Virus record (IMG/VR): IMGVR_UViG_3300032307_000764
Location: 96,001-160,000 of that record
Origin: a virus
Lineage: Duplodnaviria; Caudoviricetes
DNA: 64,000 nucleotides
Reading direction: 5' to 3' (one strand)
In this document: piece after piece, positions 39,624-48,099 of the stretch
Layout of the letters: every line of letters starts with the position of its first letter
Position numbering within the stretch: the stretch's first letter is position 1
Notes under the pieces: model-generated
Databases searched by the model: none
The model's input: the letters and a program-made list of their open reading frames with translations, nothing else
What the model was told of the DNA's origin: nothing
Translations under genes and position numbers: made by a program

Positions 39624-40190
39624 ATGTCAATTGATTCAAAAAAGAAGTACGATCGTTTAAAAAATAGGAACCTCTATTTAGTAGACGAGATAGATCCAGA
39701 TTCTGCTAATGATGTTATAGAGGATATCATAGAAATTAATTCTTTGGATGAAGAAGACGAAGAAGAACTTAAAGATTTCGAACGTAGGCCTATAAATCTT
39801 TACATCAATAGTCCAGGCGGATGTGTTTACAGTACTTTAGCTTTGATCAATGCTATAGAATATTCTAAAACACCTATTATTACACATGCTTTAGGTATGG
39901 TAATGTCAGGAGCTTTATATGTTATGGCTTCTGGGCATATAAGAAAAGCTCACAAGTATTCTTCTTTTATGTTCCATGAGATCATAGTTAGTCATCCTTA
40001 TTCATCTTTAACTTGGATCAAGAATGATGTTAAAGAATGTGAGAGATTACAAAAAGCACTAGAAGGTATTTTAACTTCCAGAAGTAAATTCCCACAGGCT
40101 AAAATAGAAGAGGTCGTAGAGAGATCTAAGGATTTCTACTTTGATGCAAATGTTGCTTTAAAGTACAAAATAATAGACGAGATCTTGTGA
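39624..40190 (+). CDS. clpP: ClpP-like serine protease subunit
   Basis: LYINSPGG, Ser in VMSGA, His in MFHE, Asp in KDFYF, Y.IIDEI. Confidence 0.85.
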   Translation: MSIDSKKKYDRLKNRNLYLVDEIDPDSANDVIEDIIEINSLDEEDEEELKDFERRPINLYINSPGGCVYSTLALINAIEYSKTPIITHALGMVMSGALYVMASGHIRKAHKYSSFMFHEIIVSHPYSSLTWIKNDVKECERLQKALEGILTSRSKFPQAKIEEVVERSKDFYFDANVALKYKIIDEIL

Positions 40191-40212
40191 AAAAATTACC
40201 ACAAATAAATTT

Positions 40213-40617
40213 ATGAGTGCAGAAAGGGAAGATTTAATTAGCAAATTAATTGATATAAGAGAGCAAGAAAAAACTCTAAGAAAGCAATTAGATGATTTAG
40301 ATCAGGAAGATAGATTTGCTAGAGCTAAAAAATATGAGGGAAGATATTTCATGGAAAAGAATGAAAGGACACCTGAATATATTAGATGTGTATTTGTTCA
40401 TAATACAAATACCGAATCTTGTAATCCTATGTGTATTCTTGTTAGTTACTGGGTACCTAATATAGATGAATACTTTCAGATCGAATCTTACCATCATTTC
40501 TACCCAGAAAAATGGGACGAAGAAGAAAAATGGGATGAGATTGGAGCGGAAGAATTTATAAATCATTATAATGAGGTACAAAGAAGAATTGAATTAGCAG
40601 TTTCGATAAAAAAATGA
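40213..40617 (+). CDS. Hypothetical protein
   Basis: Operon packing. Confidence 0.55.
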   Translation: MSAEREDLISKLIDIREQEKTLRKQLDDLDQEDRFARAKKYEGRYFMEKNERTPEYIRCVFVHNTNTESCNPMCILVSYWVPNIDEYFQIESYHHFYPEKWDEEEKWDEIGAEEFINHYNEVQRRIELAVSIKK

Positions 40618-40862
40618 CTAAATCTCAAATACTTAAATTACGTCCGGAGTTTAAATTTGGAGGTATGACAATGATAGATTGGTTTCAGATCACTGAAGGT
40701 TCAGGTTTTTTCTGTATTAGAAGTGGTCTAAGACATGCAGACGGAGAAACAAGATCACCTTATTATTATGAAGATTGTATAGGGGGTAAGGGAGCAAAGA
40801 AAAAGGCTTTAGATAAGTTTAACAATTGGTGGTTACTTGTAGAAAGAGCAGAGAAACAATGA
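40614..40862 (+). CDS. Hypothetical protein
   Basis: ATGA overlap. Confidence 0.5.
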   Translation: MTKSQILKLRPEFKFGGMTMIDWFQITEGSGFFCIRSGLRHADGETRSPYYYEDCIGGKGAKKKALDKFNNWWLLVERAEKQ

Positions 40863-40869
40863 TTGTTCA

Positions 40870-40898
40870 GAAACTTTTCGGAAGTTTTTTTATATATA
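40870..40898 (+). promoter_or_regulatory. GAAACT-N17-TATATA promoter for tmRNA
   Basis: Positioned about 10 nt before the tmRNA 5' end. Confidence 0.55.
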
Positions 40899-40908
40899 TT
40901 AAAATAAT

Positions 40909-41397
40909 GGGCCCGCTTTGGATTTGACAGGCGGAGGTAGTTCTTTGAAATGATTCAGGCAGGGTTAGATTGGAAATCCTTAATTACCTATCAAACAATA
41001 AACGCAAACGTTTACAACACAGAGGATATCATGAGTATCCCAACTTCTCTTACTCGCGTAGCGGTAGCAGAAGAGGCTGAGATGCTATTAGCAGCTTAAC
41101 CGTCGGGCCGGATCGGCCTAGGAACAGAAAGATCCAAAACCGGCAAGAAAAAAGGTTCGTAGTATTGCCAATTTAACATTGAGTGGAGCCTTGAGGATTC
41201 GTCCAATACCCATTTAGATCGTCACTATCAATGTTAGGGAAACCTGGTTAATACCAGGGAGTAACCCAGACTGAGCATTAAGTCTGAAAGAAAAAAGAAA
41301 TGCACCAAAGTTTGTCCGTGTCGAATAACGGAATAAGCCTGTGAATGAGTTTCTCGAGCATTCGAGCTGGACGAGGGTTCGACTCCCTCCGGGTCCA
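40909..41397 (+). ncRNA. ssrA: tmRNA (SsrA), about 489 nt, 3' CCA not encoded
   Basis: 5' GGGCCCG pairs with 3' CGGGTCC-A including G3.U; GGATTTGACAGG; T-arm GAGGGTTCGACTCCCTC; tag ORF ending LAA*. Confidence 0.92.
41004..41099 (+). other. tmRNA tag reading frame ANVYNTEDIMSIPTSLTRVAVAEEAEMLLAA*
   Basis: Resume codon GCA after ATAAAC, inferred from usual tmRNA context; open to TAA at 41097-41099. Confidence 0.75.
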
Positions 41398-41400
41398 CAC

Positions 41401-41430
41401 TCCCCGAATCTTTTTGATTCGGGGATTTAT
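41401..41430 (+). terminator. Hairpin terminator after tmRNA
   Basis: TCCCCGAATC-TTTTT-GATTCGGGGA. Confidence 0.75.
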
Positions 41431-41445
41431 TCTTATTTTTACATC

Positions 41446-41727
41446 ATGGAGATTTCACAAAAACAATTAAAAGAAGCAATCACTAAAGTTTCTGTCTACA
41501 TAAGAGAAGATAGAGCATACGAAGAACTATTAAAAATAGAAAGCTTTCCTGAGATCTGTAAGAAAATGGCTTACGACCTTTTCGTTAGAGGAATAACCGA
41601 ATCTAATGCTATGCACGATGCTGATGTGTTTACTTCTATAGTGATGATAAGAAAGTACTGTCAGGCATTAGCTAGGGATGGTTTTTTTGAGTTTAAATCG
41701 GATATTTCTGGATATGCAGGACTTTGA
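41446..41727 (+). CDS. Hypothetical protein
   Basis: ATG at 41446; the track's longer version runs into the tmRNA. Confidence 0.55.
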   Translation: MEISQKQLKEAITKVSVYIREDRAYEELLKIESFPEICKKMAYDLFVRGITESNAMHDADVFTSIVMIRKYCQALARDGFFEFKSDISGYAGL

Positions 41728-42064
41728 TAAGGAAGAAGGCAAAACGTACGCTGTACACTTTAAAACACACAAACACGATGTGTATATAGGAAGACCAAGT
41801 AAGTGGGCTAATCCATATACTCATAAAGATCTAGATAAGACTCAAGCTAAGTATCAAGTAGCCACAAGACAGGAAGCTATAAATGGATATGTACACTATC
41901 TTAACGAAAGCGGGTTAATAAAAGAACTTGAAGAATTAAGAGGTAAAGTTTTAGGATGCTGGTGTTGTAAATCCCCTTCTGACGGATCTGAAAAAACATT
42001 AGTGTGTCATGGACAAGTTATAGCTAAGATACTTAATACACCTTCACAGAATAAATTAATATAA
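41714..42064 (+). CDS. DUF4326 family protein
   Basis: DVYIGRPSKWANPY, LRGKVLGCWC, CHG. Confidence 0.8.
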   Translation: MQDFDKEEGKTYAVHFKTHKHDVYIGRPSKWANPYTHKDLDKTQAKYQVATRQEAINGYVHYLNESGLIKELEELRGKVLGCWCCKSPSDGSEKTLVCHGQVIAKILNTPSQNKLI

Positions 42065-42065
42065 A

Positions 42066-42308
42066 ATGAGTAGATACTTAGTAGAACTAGGAGAAAATAA
42101 AGAATTCGTTTATGGATGGGACCATGCACTTGGTTACTTTTATGAATTATGGGACAACTCACTTGGCGAAGAAGATTATGAAAAAATAGTAGAAGATAAA
42201 TCTTACTTTCTTAGTAAACTAAGTAGAGAGGATATGTTAGAAGCTATGACAAAATATAAGGCCGACGAATTTCATATCATGAAAATGTCTTTAGACTTAC
42301 CATTTTAG
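42066..42308 (+). CDS. Hypothetical protein
   Basis: Operon packing; GWDH..GYF. Confidence 0.55.
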   Translation: MSRYLVELGENKEFVYGWDHALGYFYELWDNSLGEEDYEKIVEDKSYFLSKLSREDMLEAMTKYKADEFHIMKMSLDLPF

Positions 42309-42309
42309 G

Positions 42310-42714
42310 TTACTCCCTTGTTATTTTAAATGATATATTAAGAGTATCGTTGCTTTGCATAAATTCATCGCTTGTTTGTTTACAAAAATAATCAACGATT
42401 TTTATTGCATTGACATTTTTCTGGTCTTCTGATAAAAAAGGTCTAAGATCTAATCCGTAATTAAGATTTGTTTTTAATTTGTATAGGTATTCCTGATATT
42501 TATAAGCATCTAAATAATCCTGTGAATCTTTATTTAGATTACCGAATAGGATATTCAATATAATAGCTTCTAAATCTTGTTCCTCTATTACAAAATCCCC
42601 ATATTGTGTCCATTCGTTATCCAATATATTTTTTAATACATCGATCCTTGATTCTCCTTCTATTTCTAGAGTCATTATTAAATCTCCGGATTCGTAAAAT
42701 TCACATTTATACAT
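42310..42714 (-). CDS. Hypothetical protein
   Basis: Third gene of the - strand operon. Confidence 0.55.
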   Translation of the reverse strand: MYKCEFYESGDLIMTLEIEGESRIDVLKNILDNEWTQYGDFVIEEQDLEAIILNILFGNLNKDSQDYLDAYKYQEYLYKLKTNLNYGLDLRPFLSEDQKNVNAIKIVDYFCKQTSDEFMQSNDTLNISFKITRE

Positions 42715-42716
42715 GT

Positions 42717-43328
42717 TTATTTTCTTATAAGATATCCTGATAGATTGGAAACTAATTCAGAAACTTCATCTTCTAGATCTTCAGATATGTCTATCTTATG
42801 CTTAACTGTATGAAGCTGTACAAACCCTATTAACTGTCCAGATAATGTTCTTATGGGTGCAGATATTATTTGTAGTATACCTTCCTCCGTTACTTTACCT
42901 CTAATGTAATCTAAAACTGGATCCTCTGCATTTACGTAGAAGAATTCTTGCTCGCTTAAATTTTTCATCAAGGAAGTATGTTCAGTAACAAATACATTTT
43001 GATTGTGTTCCTTAGCTTTAGAAACACCTGGTGAAACTGATTCGAAAGTTTGAGAATATTTTTTCATAGGAACTCCATGAAAGAATTTTCCGCCATTATG
43101 AAATTGGAATATACCAACCCTGTCTAATTTCCACACCTCTCTGAATTGATCTAGAAATTCTTGAACCTCTAGCATCGAATCGACGTCTTGCTGTGATATT
43201 ATTTCGTAATTTTCTTCGTCTTGGGACTTTTTCTTTGAATCCAAATAATGCTTCAACCAAATAGAGCCAAGTGCTACAATTACGGAAAAAATACCAGTTA
43301 TTAAAATCTGTAAAATTTCCAAGTTCAC
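42717..43328 (-). CDS. Single-TM plus GAF-like domain protein (T4 holin T-like topology)
   Basis: N-terminal TM; RVGIFQFHNGG...S..FE and C-terminal APIR....LIGFV GAF-like strands. Confidence 0.5.
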   Translation of the reverse strand: MNLEILQILITGIFSVIVALGSIWLKHYLDSKKKSQDEENYEIISQQDVDSMLEVQEFLDQFREVWKLDRVGIFQFHNGGKFFHGVPMKKYSQTFESVSPGVSKAKEHNQNVFVTEHTSLMKNLSEQEFFYVNAEDPVLDYIRGKVTEEGILQIISAPIRTLSGQLIGFVQLHTVKHKIDISEDLEDEVSELVSNLSGYLIRK

Positions 43329-43340
43329 TTTTTTATGTTT

Positions 43341-43943
43341 TTAATCGTCGAAGCCTCCGAATCGTTTTAATATATTAGCACCTTTACCTAGGTCTTCACC
43401 TTTTAAACTAGGTGGGATCTCAAATTTCTTAACAATCTCTGGATCCTCTTCCATTTTCCTTCTAAGAACATCTTTATAAGTTTCGTTTCCTAAAAGTTCT
43501 TCTTCTGACATAGGAACTCCTTGCTGTCTTAAGATATACTTAATCAAGAATCCCATTTTAAAAAGATAATCTTCAGTAGTCATACAAGCTCTTCTAAGAT
43601 CAGTATTTAATCTAGGGAATTCCGAAGATTTAGAAGGTCCTACAACCACTCTAATACTTCCGTTGTGCATGATGTTATATTGAGGATATCCAGGTTTAGG
43701 AGATTTCATAGATTCGTGTTTAAATGCTATGTTACCTAAACGATCTTTAAAGTATCTTTGTTCTTCAGTACCTTGTGTTTCGATACCGATTGGGTTTTCT
43801 GCGATCATCTCTGTCCAACCCATTGCAACCATATCTTTATAAGCTTCTGATTCTCTGATTGGCTTAAAGCTAAGAACCGGGCATTTTTTAGCTCTTCTAA
43901 CTTCTTGTATTTTTTTGAACTCTGGATAGTTTTTAATACTCAT
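43341..43943 (-). CDS. Tagged hypothetical protein with C-terminal GxxILxRFG tail; paralog of 60810-61718
   Basis: MSIKNYPEF..IQE start after GAATATATA; ends KGANILKRFGGFDD. Confidence 0.65.
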   Translation of the reverse strand: MSIKNYPEFKKIQEVRRAKKCPVLSFKPIRESEAYKDMVAMGWTEMIAENPIGIETQGTEEQRYFKDRLGNIAFKHESMKSPKPGYPQYNIMHNGSIRVVVGPSKSSEFPRLNTDLRRACMTTEDYLFKMGFLIKYILRQQGVPMSEEELLGNETYKDVLRRKMEEDPEIVKKFEIPPSLKGEDLGKGANILKRFGGFDD

Positions 43944-44097
43944 TTTTCCTTTGTTTTTCTTATATATATTCTTTCTACTCGCGGACTCCGAGAATTTTTC
44001 AATAGATCGTGAAATTTTTTGGTATCTTGACAGTATATTTAGAGTCCTCAGCAAAAAAACAGTTTTTATGAATTGTTTTTTTGTTCCCTATATATAG

Positions 44098-44128
44098 AAA
44101 AAGCCGGTTCCTAGGAATCGGTTTTTTT
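44098..44128. terminator. Hairpin flanked by A and T tracts
   Basis: AAAAAGCCGGTTC-CTAG-GAATCGGTTTTTTT. Confidence 0.6.
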
Positions 44129-44156
44129 ATTTGAGTTTTTTCTATAATATTGCGAT

Positions 44157-44708
44157 ATGTTAAAAGTACACTTTGAAAATTTTAATCACTTCTTGGAGAT
44201 AACTAATCCTCCTTCTAGTGTAACTGATCGTCTAGAGAAGCTTAAGACTCTCAGAGAAAGACCGGATTATCATCCAGAGCCCAATACTTTTGAGCACATC
44301 CGAATAGTGACTGAGAGATTAATGCTCACTGATGACATCGATCTTATATTCGCAGGATGTATGCACGATCTATTTAAGCTTGATACGCTGAGATTAAATC
44401 CTAAAACCGGATTTCCTACTTGTCCTGGACACGATACGCAAGTAGCGAGCTTTATACGAAGTAATAAAGAGGTTCAGGAATGGATGATTAGATATGGAGC
44501 TGATGTTGAAACAGTTGCAGATCTTTGTAAAGACCATATGAGATTTCATCAGTTCGATAGAATGAAAAAATCTAAGCAAGACGAGTTTCAAACAAGACCT
44601 CACTGGGGTAAATTAATATACTTAGGTGCTGCAGATAATATGATAGTTGAATTCGACATAGACAATTTAGAAAAAAGCTGGAAATGGAAAGAAAGAAGTA
44701 CGCTATAA
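44157..44708 (+). CDS. HD-domain phosphoesterase
   Basis: YHPE...FEHI, MHDLFK, GHD, DHMR, AD. Confidence 0.75.
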   Translation: MLKVHFENFNHFLEITNPPSSVTDRLEKLKTLRERPDYHPEPNTFEHIRIVTERLMLTDDIDLIFAGCMHDLFKLDTLRLNPKTGFPTCPGHDTQVASFIRSNKEVQEWMIRYGADVETVADLCKDHMRFHQFDRMKKSKQDEFQTRPHWGKLIYLGAADNMIVEFDIDNLEKSWKWKERSTL

Positions 44709-45802
44709 GAACCCTTAACAAGTATGTTAATGAGGGAAAGATAGAGAGAAATCCACATCCAACACTTCCTATCGCTATTTATAACTATACAAGGGAAACT
44801 CAATTTAATAATGATTGGGATGAAATAACCTTGGATATGAGAGGAACAATAATAGACGATAAAGGATATGTTGTTGCTTCTGCTTTCCGTAAGTTTTTTA
44901 ATTATGAGGAAGTAACTGATCAGGTTCCAACTAAAGGGGATTATGTTTATGTTCAAGAAAAAGTCGACGGATCTTTAGGTATACTTTTTTATTACCAGGA
45001 TGAATGGCATCTTGCAACTAAAGGATCTTTTACTTCAGATCAGGCGAAAAAAGGAATGGAAATACTAAGAAAAAACTATCCAGTTTTTGATCGGGTATTT
45101 CATCGACACGTAACTTACATAGTTGAGATCATTTATCCAGATAACAGAATAGTGGTTGACTATAAAAACGAGGAGAAAATAGTTTTCCTGAGCACTTCTG
45201 TTAATGGAGAAGAACAACACTGGACAACATCTTTATCCATATTTAGTAGTAGTGGTATAAAAGAAGAGGATATAGTTAAATGCGAGCAGCACTTCTCTTT
45301 CGGTGAAGATCTGTATAAATCTTTAAAGGGTAAAAATACAAAAAACGAGGAGGGATTTATTCTTAGATTCCAGCCTGGTAATTTCCGAATGAAAATAAAA
45401 TTCGAAGAATATGTTAGATTACATAGGCTTCTTACTAATTTCTCTAATGTTGATATCTGGGAAGCATTAAAGGATGGAAGGGATATAAATGTTCTTCTTG
45501 AAAGAGTTCCTGATGAATTCGATGCATGGGTTAGAAAAACTATATCTGATCTAGAATATCACAAATATAGAATAGAAGAAAGAGCAGGAAAGATCCACGA
45601 GTATTTTAGGTATGGAAAATATGGAGATCGCGAGATCGAGCCTACTAAGAAAGAATTTGCACAGCACTTAGAATTATGTAAAACCGAACCTTCTATAAAA
45701 GCAATATGCTTTTCTATATGGGATGGAAGAAATTACGATAGGATAGTTTGGAGAATGATAAGACCAAAGTATCAGAAGCCTTTCTGGAACAGGGAGGAGT
45801 AG
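44684..45802 (+). CDS. rnlA: RNA ligase, T4 Rnl1-like
   Basis: YNY, RG.I.D, F.KFFNY.E, QEKVDGS, ATKGSF, EIIYPDNRIVVDY, EGFI, KIKFEEY. Confidence 0.88.
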   Translation: MERKKYAIRTLNKYVNEGKIERNPHPTLPIAIYNYTRETQFNNDWDEITLDMRGTIIDDKGYVVASAFRKFFNYEEVTDQVPTKGDYVYVQEKVDGSLGILFYYQDEWHLATKGSFTSDQAKKGMEILRKNYPVFDRVFHRHVTYIVEIIYPDNRIVVDYKNEEKIVFLSTSVNGEEQHWTTSLSIFSSSGIKEEDIVKCEQHFSFGEDLYKSLKGKNTKNEEGFILRFQPGNFRMKIKFEEYVRLHRLLTNFSNVDIWEALKDGRDINVLLERVPDEFDAWVRKTISDLEYHKYRIEERAGKIHEYFRYGKYGDREIEPTKKEFAQHLELCKTEPSIKAICFSIWDGRNYDRIVWRMIRPKYQKPFWNREE

Positions 45803-45807
45803 TATTT

Positions 45808-45836
45808 GTAACTTCTTGGAACCCAATGTCTATAAT
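45808..45836 (+). promoter_or_regulatory. GTAACT-N17-TATAAT promoter
   Basis: One mismatch to GAAACT, exact spacing. Confidence 0.55.
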
Positions 45837-45842
45837 ATATGA

Positions 45843-46868
45843 ATGAGAAGAAAGATTATAGACATCTATTGGGAAGAATTCGAAGCTTATTTCAGAAGTA
45901 AATCTGTTAGCCCTGCTATAACTAAGAAATTTATCTCTTCTTTACAATCTCACTCGAAGGATAATGAGGCATCCTTTAAAAAATTCTGGGAATTTATAAA
46001 GATTAACAGATCACTTCCTATAGAAGATTCACTATTAAATCTAAACAAGGAATTACTTTCAAATAAGAAGTACAACAAGACCATGATTTTTGTTTCTGAA
46101 TGGACTCATTCATATCTGGGAGCTGGAGAAATTATGTGTTTGCTCATATCTGAAGATTCTTTCTCCGGAGGTAAAAGAAAACCTGATATACTCTTTAACG
46201 GATCTGATCGAAAAATAGAGGTTAAATCTTACGCAGATAATTTTAGATTGACTGAAGCGACATCCTTCTTTACTGATCTTGGTACTATCATACAAGCTCT
46301 TGTACAAGGAGGATTTCTAGGTAGCTTAACTGATTCCAATAACAATGATCTAAGAAAAGGATTTAGACATTTTTGTGAGTCTTTTCTTTGTCCCCGTGGT
46401 TTTATAGAATTGAACGGTAAGATATGGAAGCTTGAATCTAAAGATGATGAAACGATAGTATTTAAAGCTAGTCCAGAAACCCCACGAGAGGTTGTCAATT
46501 ATTCAATAGTTAGGAATTCACTCAGGAACTGGTTAGGAAGAGGTATGTTAAGTCTCAAACTTGCTGAGATAATTGATCCTACAAGAACATCAAGAATACA
46601 AAAGAGCGAGGTTTATAATTACGTAAACCATATTATAGGAACTGGGGATATACCTCCGATACCTTTAGAGCAATACTTTATTCTTTGCGGATTGGAATCT
46701 ATGATAATATATGAGAGGAAGAATAAAAACCATCCATTTCAGATAGTTAAGTTCAACGAATTAAATCAATTCACATTGGATAGGATAGGACAGGGTAAAG
46801 TTTCTTATAAGAGGAACTTAGGAATCAAACCTAGAAAGAAGGGAAGACCCTCGATCAGTACCATCTAG
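45843..46868 (+). CDS. Putative PD-(D/E)xK nuclease
   Basis: LGAGE...KPDILF....KIEVKS. Confidence 0.5.
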   Translation: MRRKIIDIYWEEFEAYFRSKSVSPAITKKFISSLQSHSKDNEASFKKFWEFIKINRSLPIEDSLLNLNKELLSNKKYNKTMIFVSEWTHSYLGAGEIMCLLISEDSFSGGKRKPDILFNGSDRKIEVKSYADNFRLTEATSFFTDLGTIIQALVQGGFLGSLTDSNNNDLRKGFRHFCESFLCPRGFIELNGKIWKLESKDDETIVFKASPETPREVVNYSIVRNSLRNWLGRGMLSLKLAEIIDPTRTSRIQKSEVYNYVNHIIGTGDIPPIPLEQYFILCGLESMIIYERKNKNHPFQIVKFNELNQFTLDRIGQGKVSYKRNLGIKPRKKGRPSISTI

Positions 46869-47663
46869 TTTAATACCTGCTTCTTTTATAGCTTCTTTTA
46901 CTTCATTTACTATGGTATCATAATCTAGATAATATCTAGATTTTTCTATTTTTATTCTTTTTCCTTTTGGATCATTGAAGAAATTAACATATGCTTCCTG
47001 TACGTCTTCAGGATCAGCATTTTTCATCCATTCTACAAAAGCATTTTCAAAAAGTAAACTTGACGATTCCCAATCGTCACCTTTAAATATTAAATTTTCT
47101 ATCCACCAATTTAGGAATCTTGATTGATACGTCCCTTCTTCCGTTAATTCTTCAAAACATAGTCTTATAAGATCCTTTACTGTATCTGAGATCTTCCTTT
47201 TATCACCTTTATAAGATAATGGTATTTTAGCTATCATTTTTAAATGTGAAGGAGATGATACTTTTTCTTTTAAATGATATTCCCCTAATGTTGGCTCTAT
47301 TACAATACCAGTATAAGATGCTTTAGGAGGTTCGGGCTCCAGGAATATTATAAATCTAATTATATTGGGATATGAATTTGATGATCCTAGATTTATTCGA
47401 AGCTGGCTATCGAGAAGATCAGTTACGGTTACTTCCTTAGTAATTCCTATATTAGATCCGGTGAATTTAAAAAATCTTTTAAATGGTGTAGAATCTGTTA
47501 TTTCATTAAACAAACCCATTACATCGTACTTAGTAATTTGTGTATCATCTAAGCTTTCTGAAAAAAATCCAAGATAAGTTGGTTTCGTAGATATCCTAGA
47601 CGCAGAATCTCTTGCGAGTAACCAGTTTTTAAAAGTTTTTATGCGTCTTTTATTCTTTTTCAT
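46818..47663 (-). CDS. Tagged hypothetical protein with C-terminal tail motif
   Basis: RRIKTFKNW; ends RGSSLLSRFDS; GATATATA at 47671-47678 (- strand). Confidence 0.65.
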   Translation of the reverse strand: MKKNKRRIKTFKNWLLARDSASRISTKPTYLGFFSESLDDTQITKYDVMGLFNEITDSTPFKRFFKFTGSNIGITKEVTVTDLLDSQLRINLGSSNSYPNIIRFIIFLEPEPPKASYTGIVIEPTLGEYHLKEKVSSPSHLKMIAKIPLSYKGDKRKISDTVKDLIRLCFEELTEEGTYQSRFLNWWIENLIFKGDDWESSSLLFENAFVEWMKNADPEDVQEAYVNFFNDPKGKRIKIEKSRYYLDYDTIVNEVKEAIKEAGIKLDGTDRGSSLLSRFDS

Positions 47664-47701
47664 CCTAACCTATATATCTCTACTGTAAAACCTTTTAAAA
47701 C

Positions 47702-47730
47702 GAAACTTTTGAGCCGGTTTTGAGTATAAT
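47702..47730 (+). promoter_or_regulatory. GAAACT-N17-TATAAT promoter
   Basis: Perfect TATAAT, second TATAAT 9 nt downstream. Confidence 0.7.
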
Positions 47731-47754
47731 TAGTATAATTAAAATTAATAAATT

Positions 47755-47997
47755 ATGAGTACAAAAACAAAAGCAACTCCTAAAGCTACTATGAAAGCTA
47801 AGGTAGTTAAAAAAGCAAAAGCTTCTACTAAAAACACGGTAGCAGTAATCCAATTTACACCACGCGGTCGTAGAATCCGTAAGTATAATTCTATGTCAGA
47901 TGCTATGAGAGCTACTGGTGTTAACACTGGTTCAATCTCTAAAGCAGTTAGAGGTATCTGTCAAACAGCTGGTGGTTTCCGTTGGGCTAACGCTTAA
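47755..47997 (+). CDS. Standalone NUMOD1-type HTH DNA-binding protein with Lys/Ala-rich N-terminal tail
   Basis: VIQFT..G..IR.Y.SM.DA.RATG.NTGSIS.AVRG..QTAGGFRW. Confidence 0.75.
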   Translation: MSTKTKATPKATMKAKVVKKAKASTKNTVAVIQFTPRGRRIRKYNSMSDAMRATGVNTGSISKAVRGICQTAGGFRWANA

Positions 47998-48016
47998 TTA
48001 AAAACACTATCTAACT

Positions 48017-48041
48017 AAAAGGCCCTTAGGGGTCTTTTTTT
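48017..48041 (+). terminator. Intrinsic terminator
   Basis: AAAAGGCCC-TTAG-GGGTCTTTTTTT. Confidence 0.75.
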
Positions 48042-48043
48042 GT

Positions 48044-48082
48044 GGAATCATTTTTTTAATCGAATGGATTGTTCTACTTTTG
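48044..48082 (+). promoter_or_regulatory. Bacteroidota-type promoter
   Basis: GGAATCATTTTTTT...TACTTTTG, same spacing as at 36294. Confidence 0.7.
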
Positions 48083-48099
48083 GAAAATAAACAAAAACT

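Noticed and set aside
41341-41445. N-terminal extension of ORF 41341-41727
   Set aside because: Overlaps the tmRNA 3' tRNA-like domain and its terminator; ATG 41446 is the plausible start
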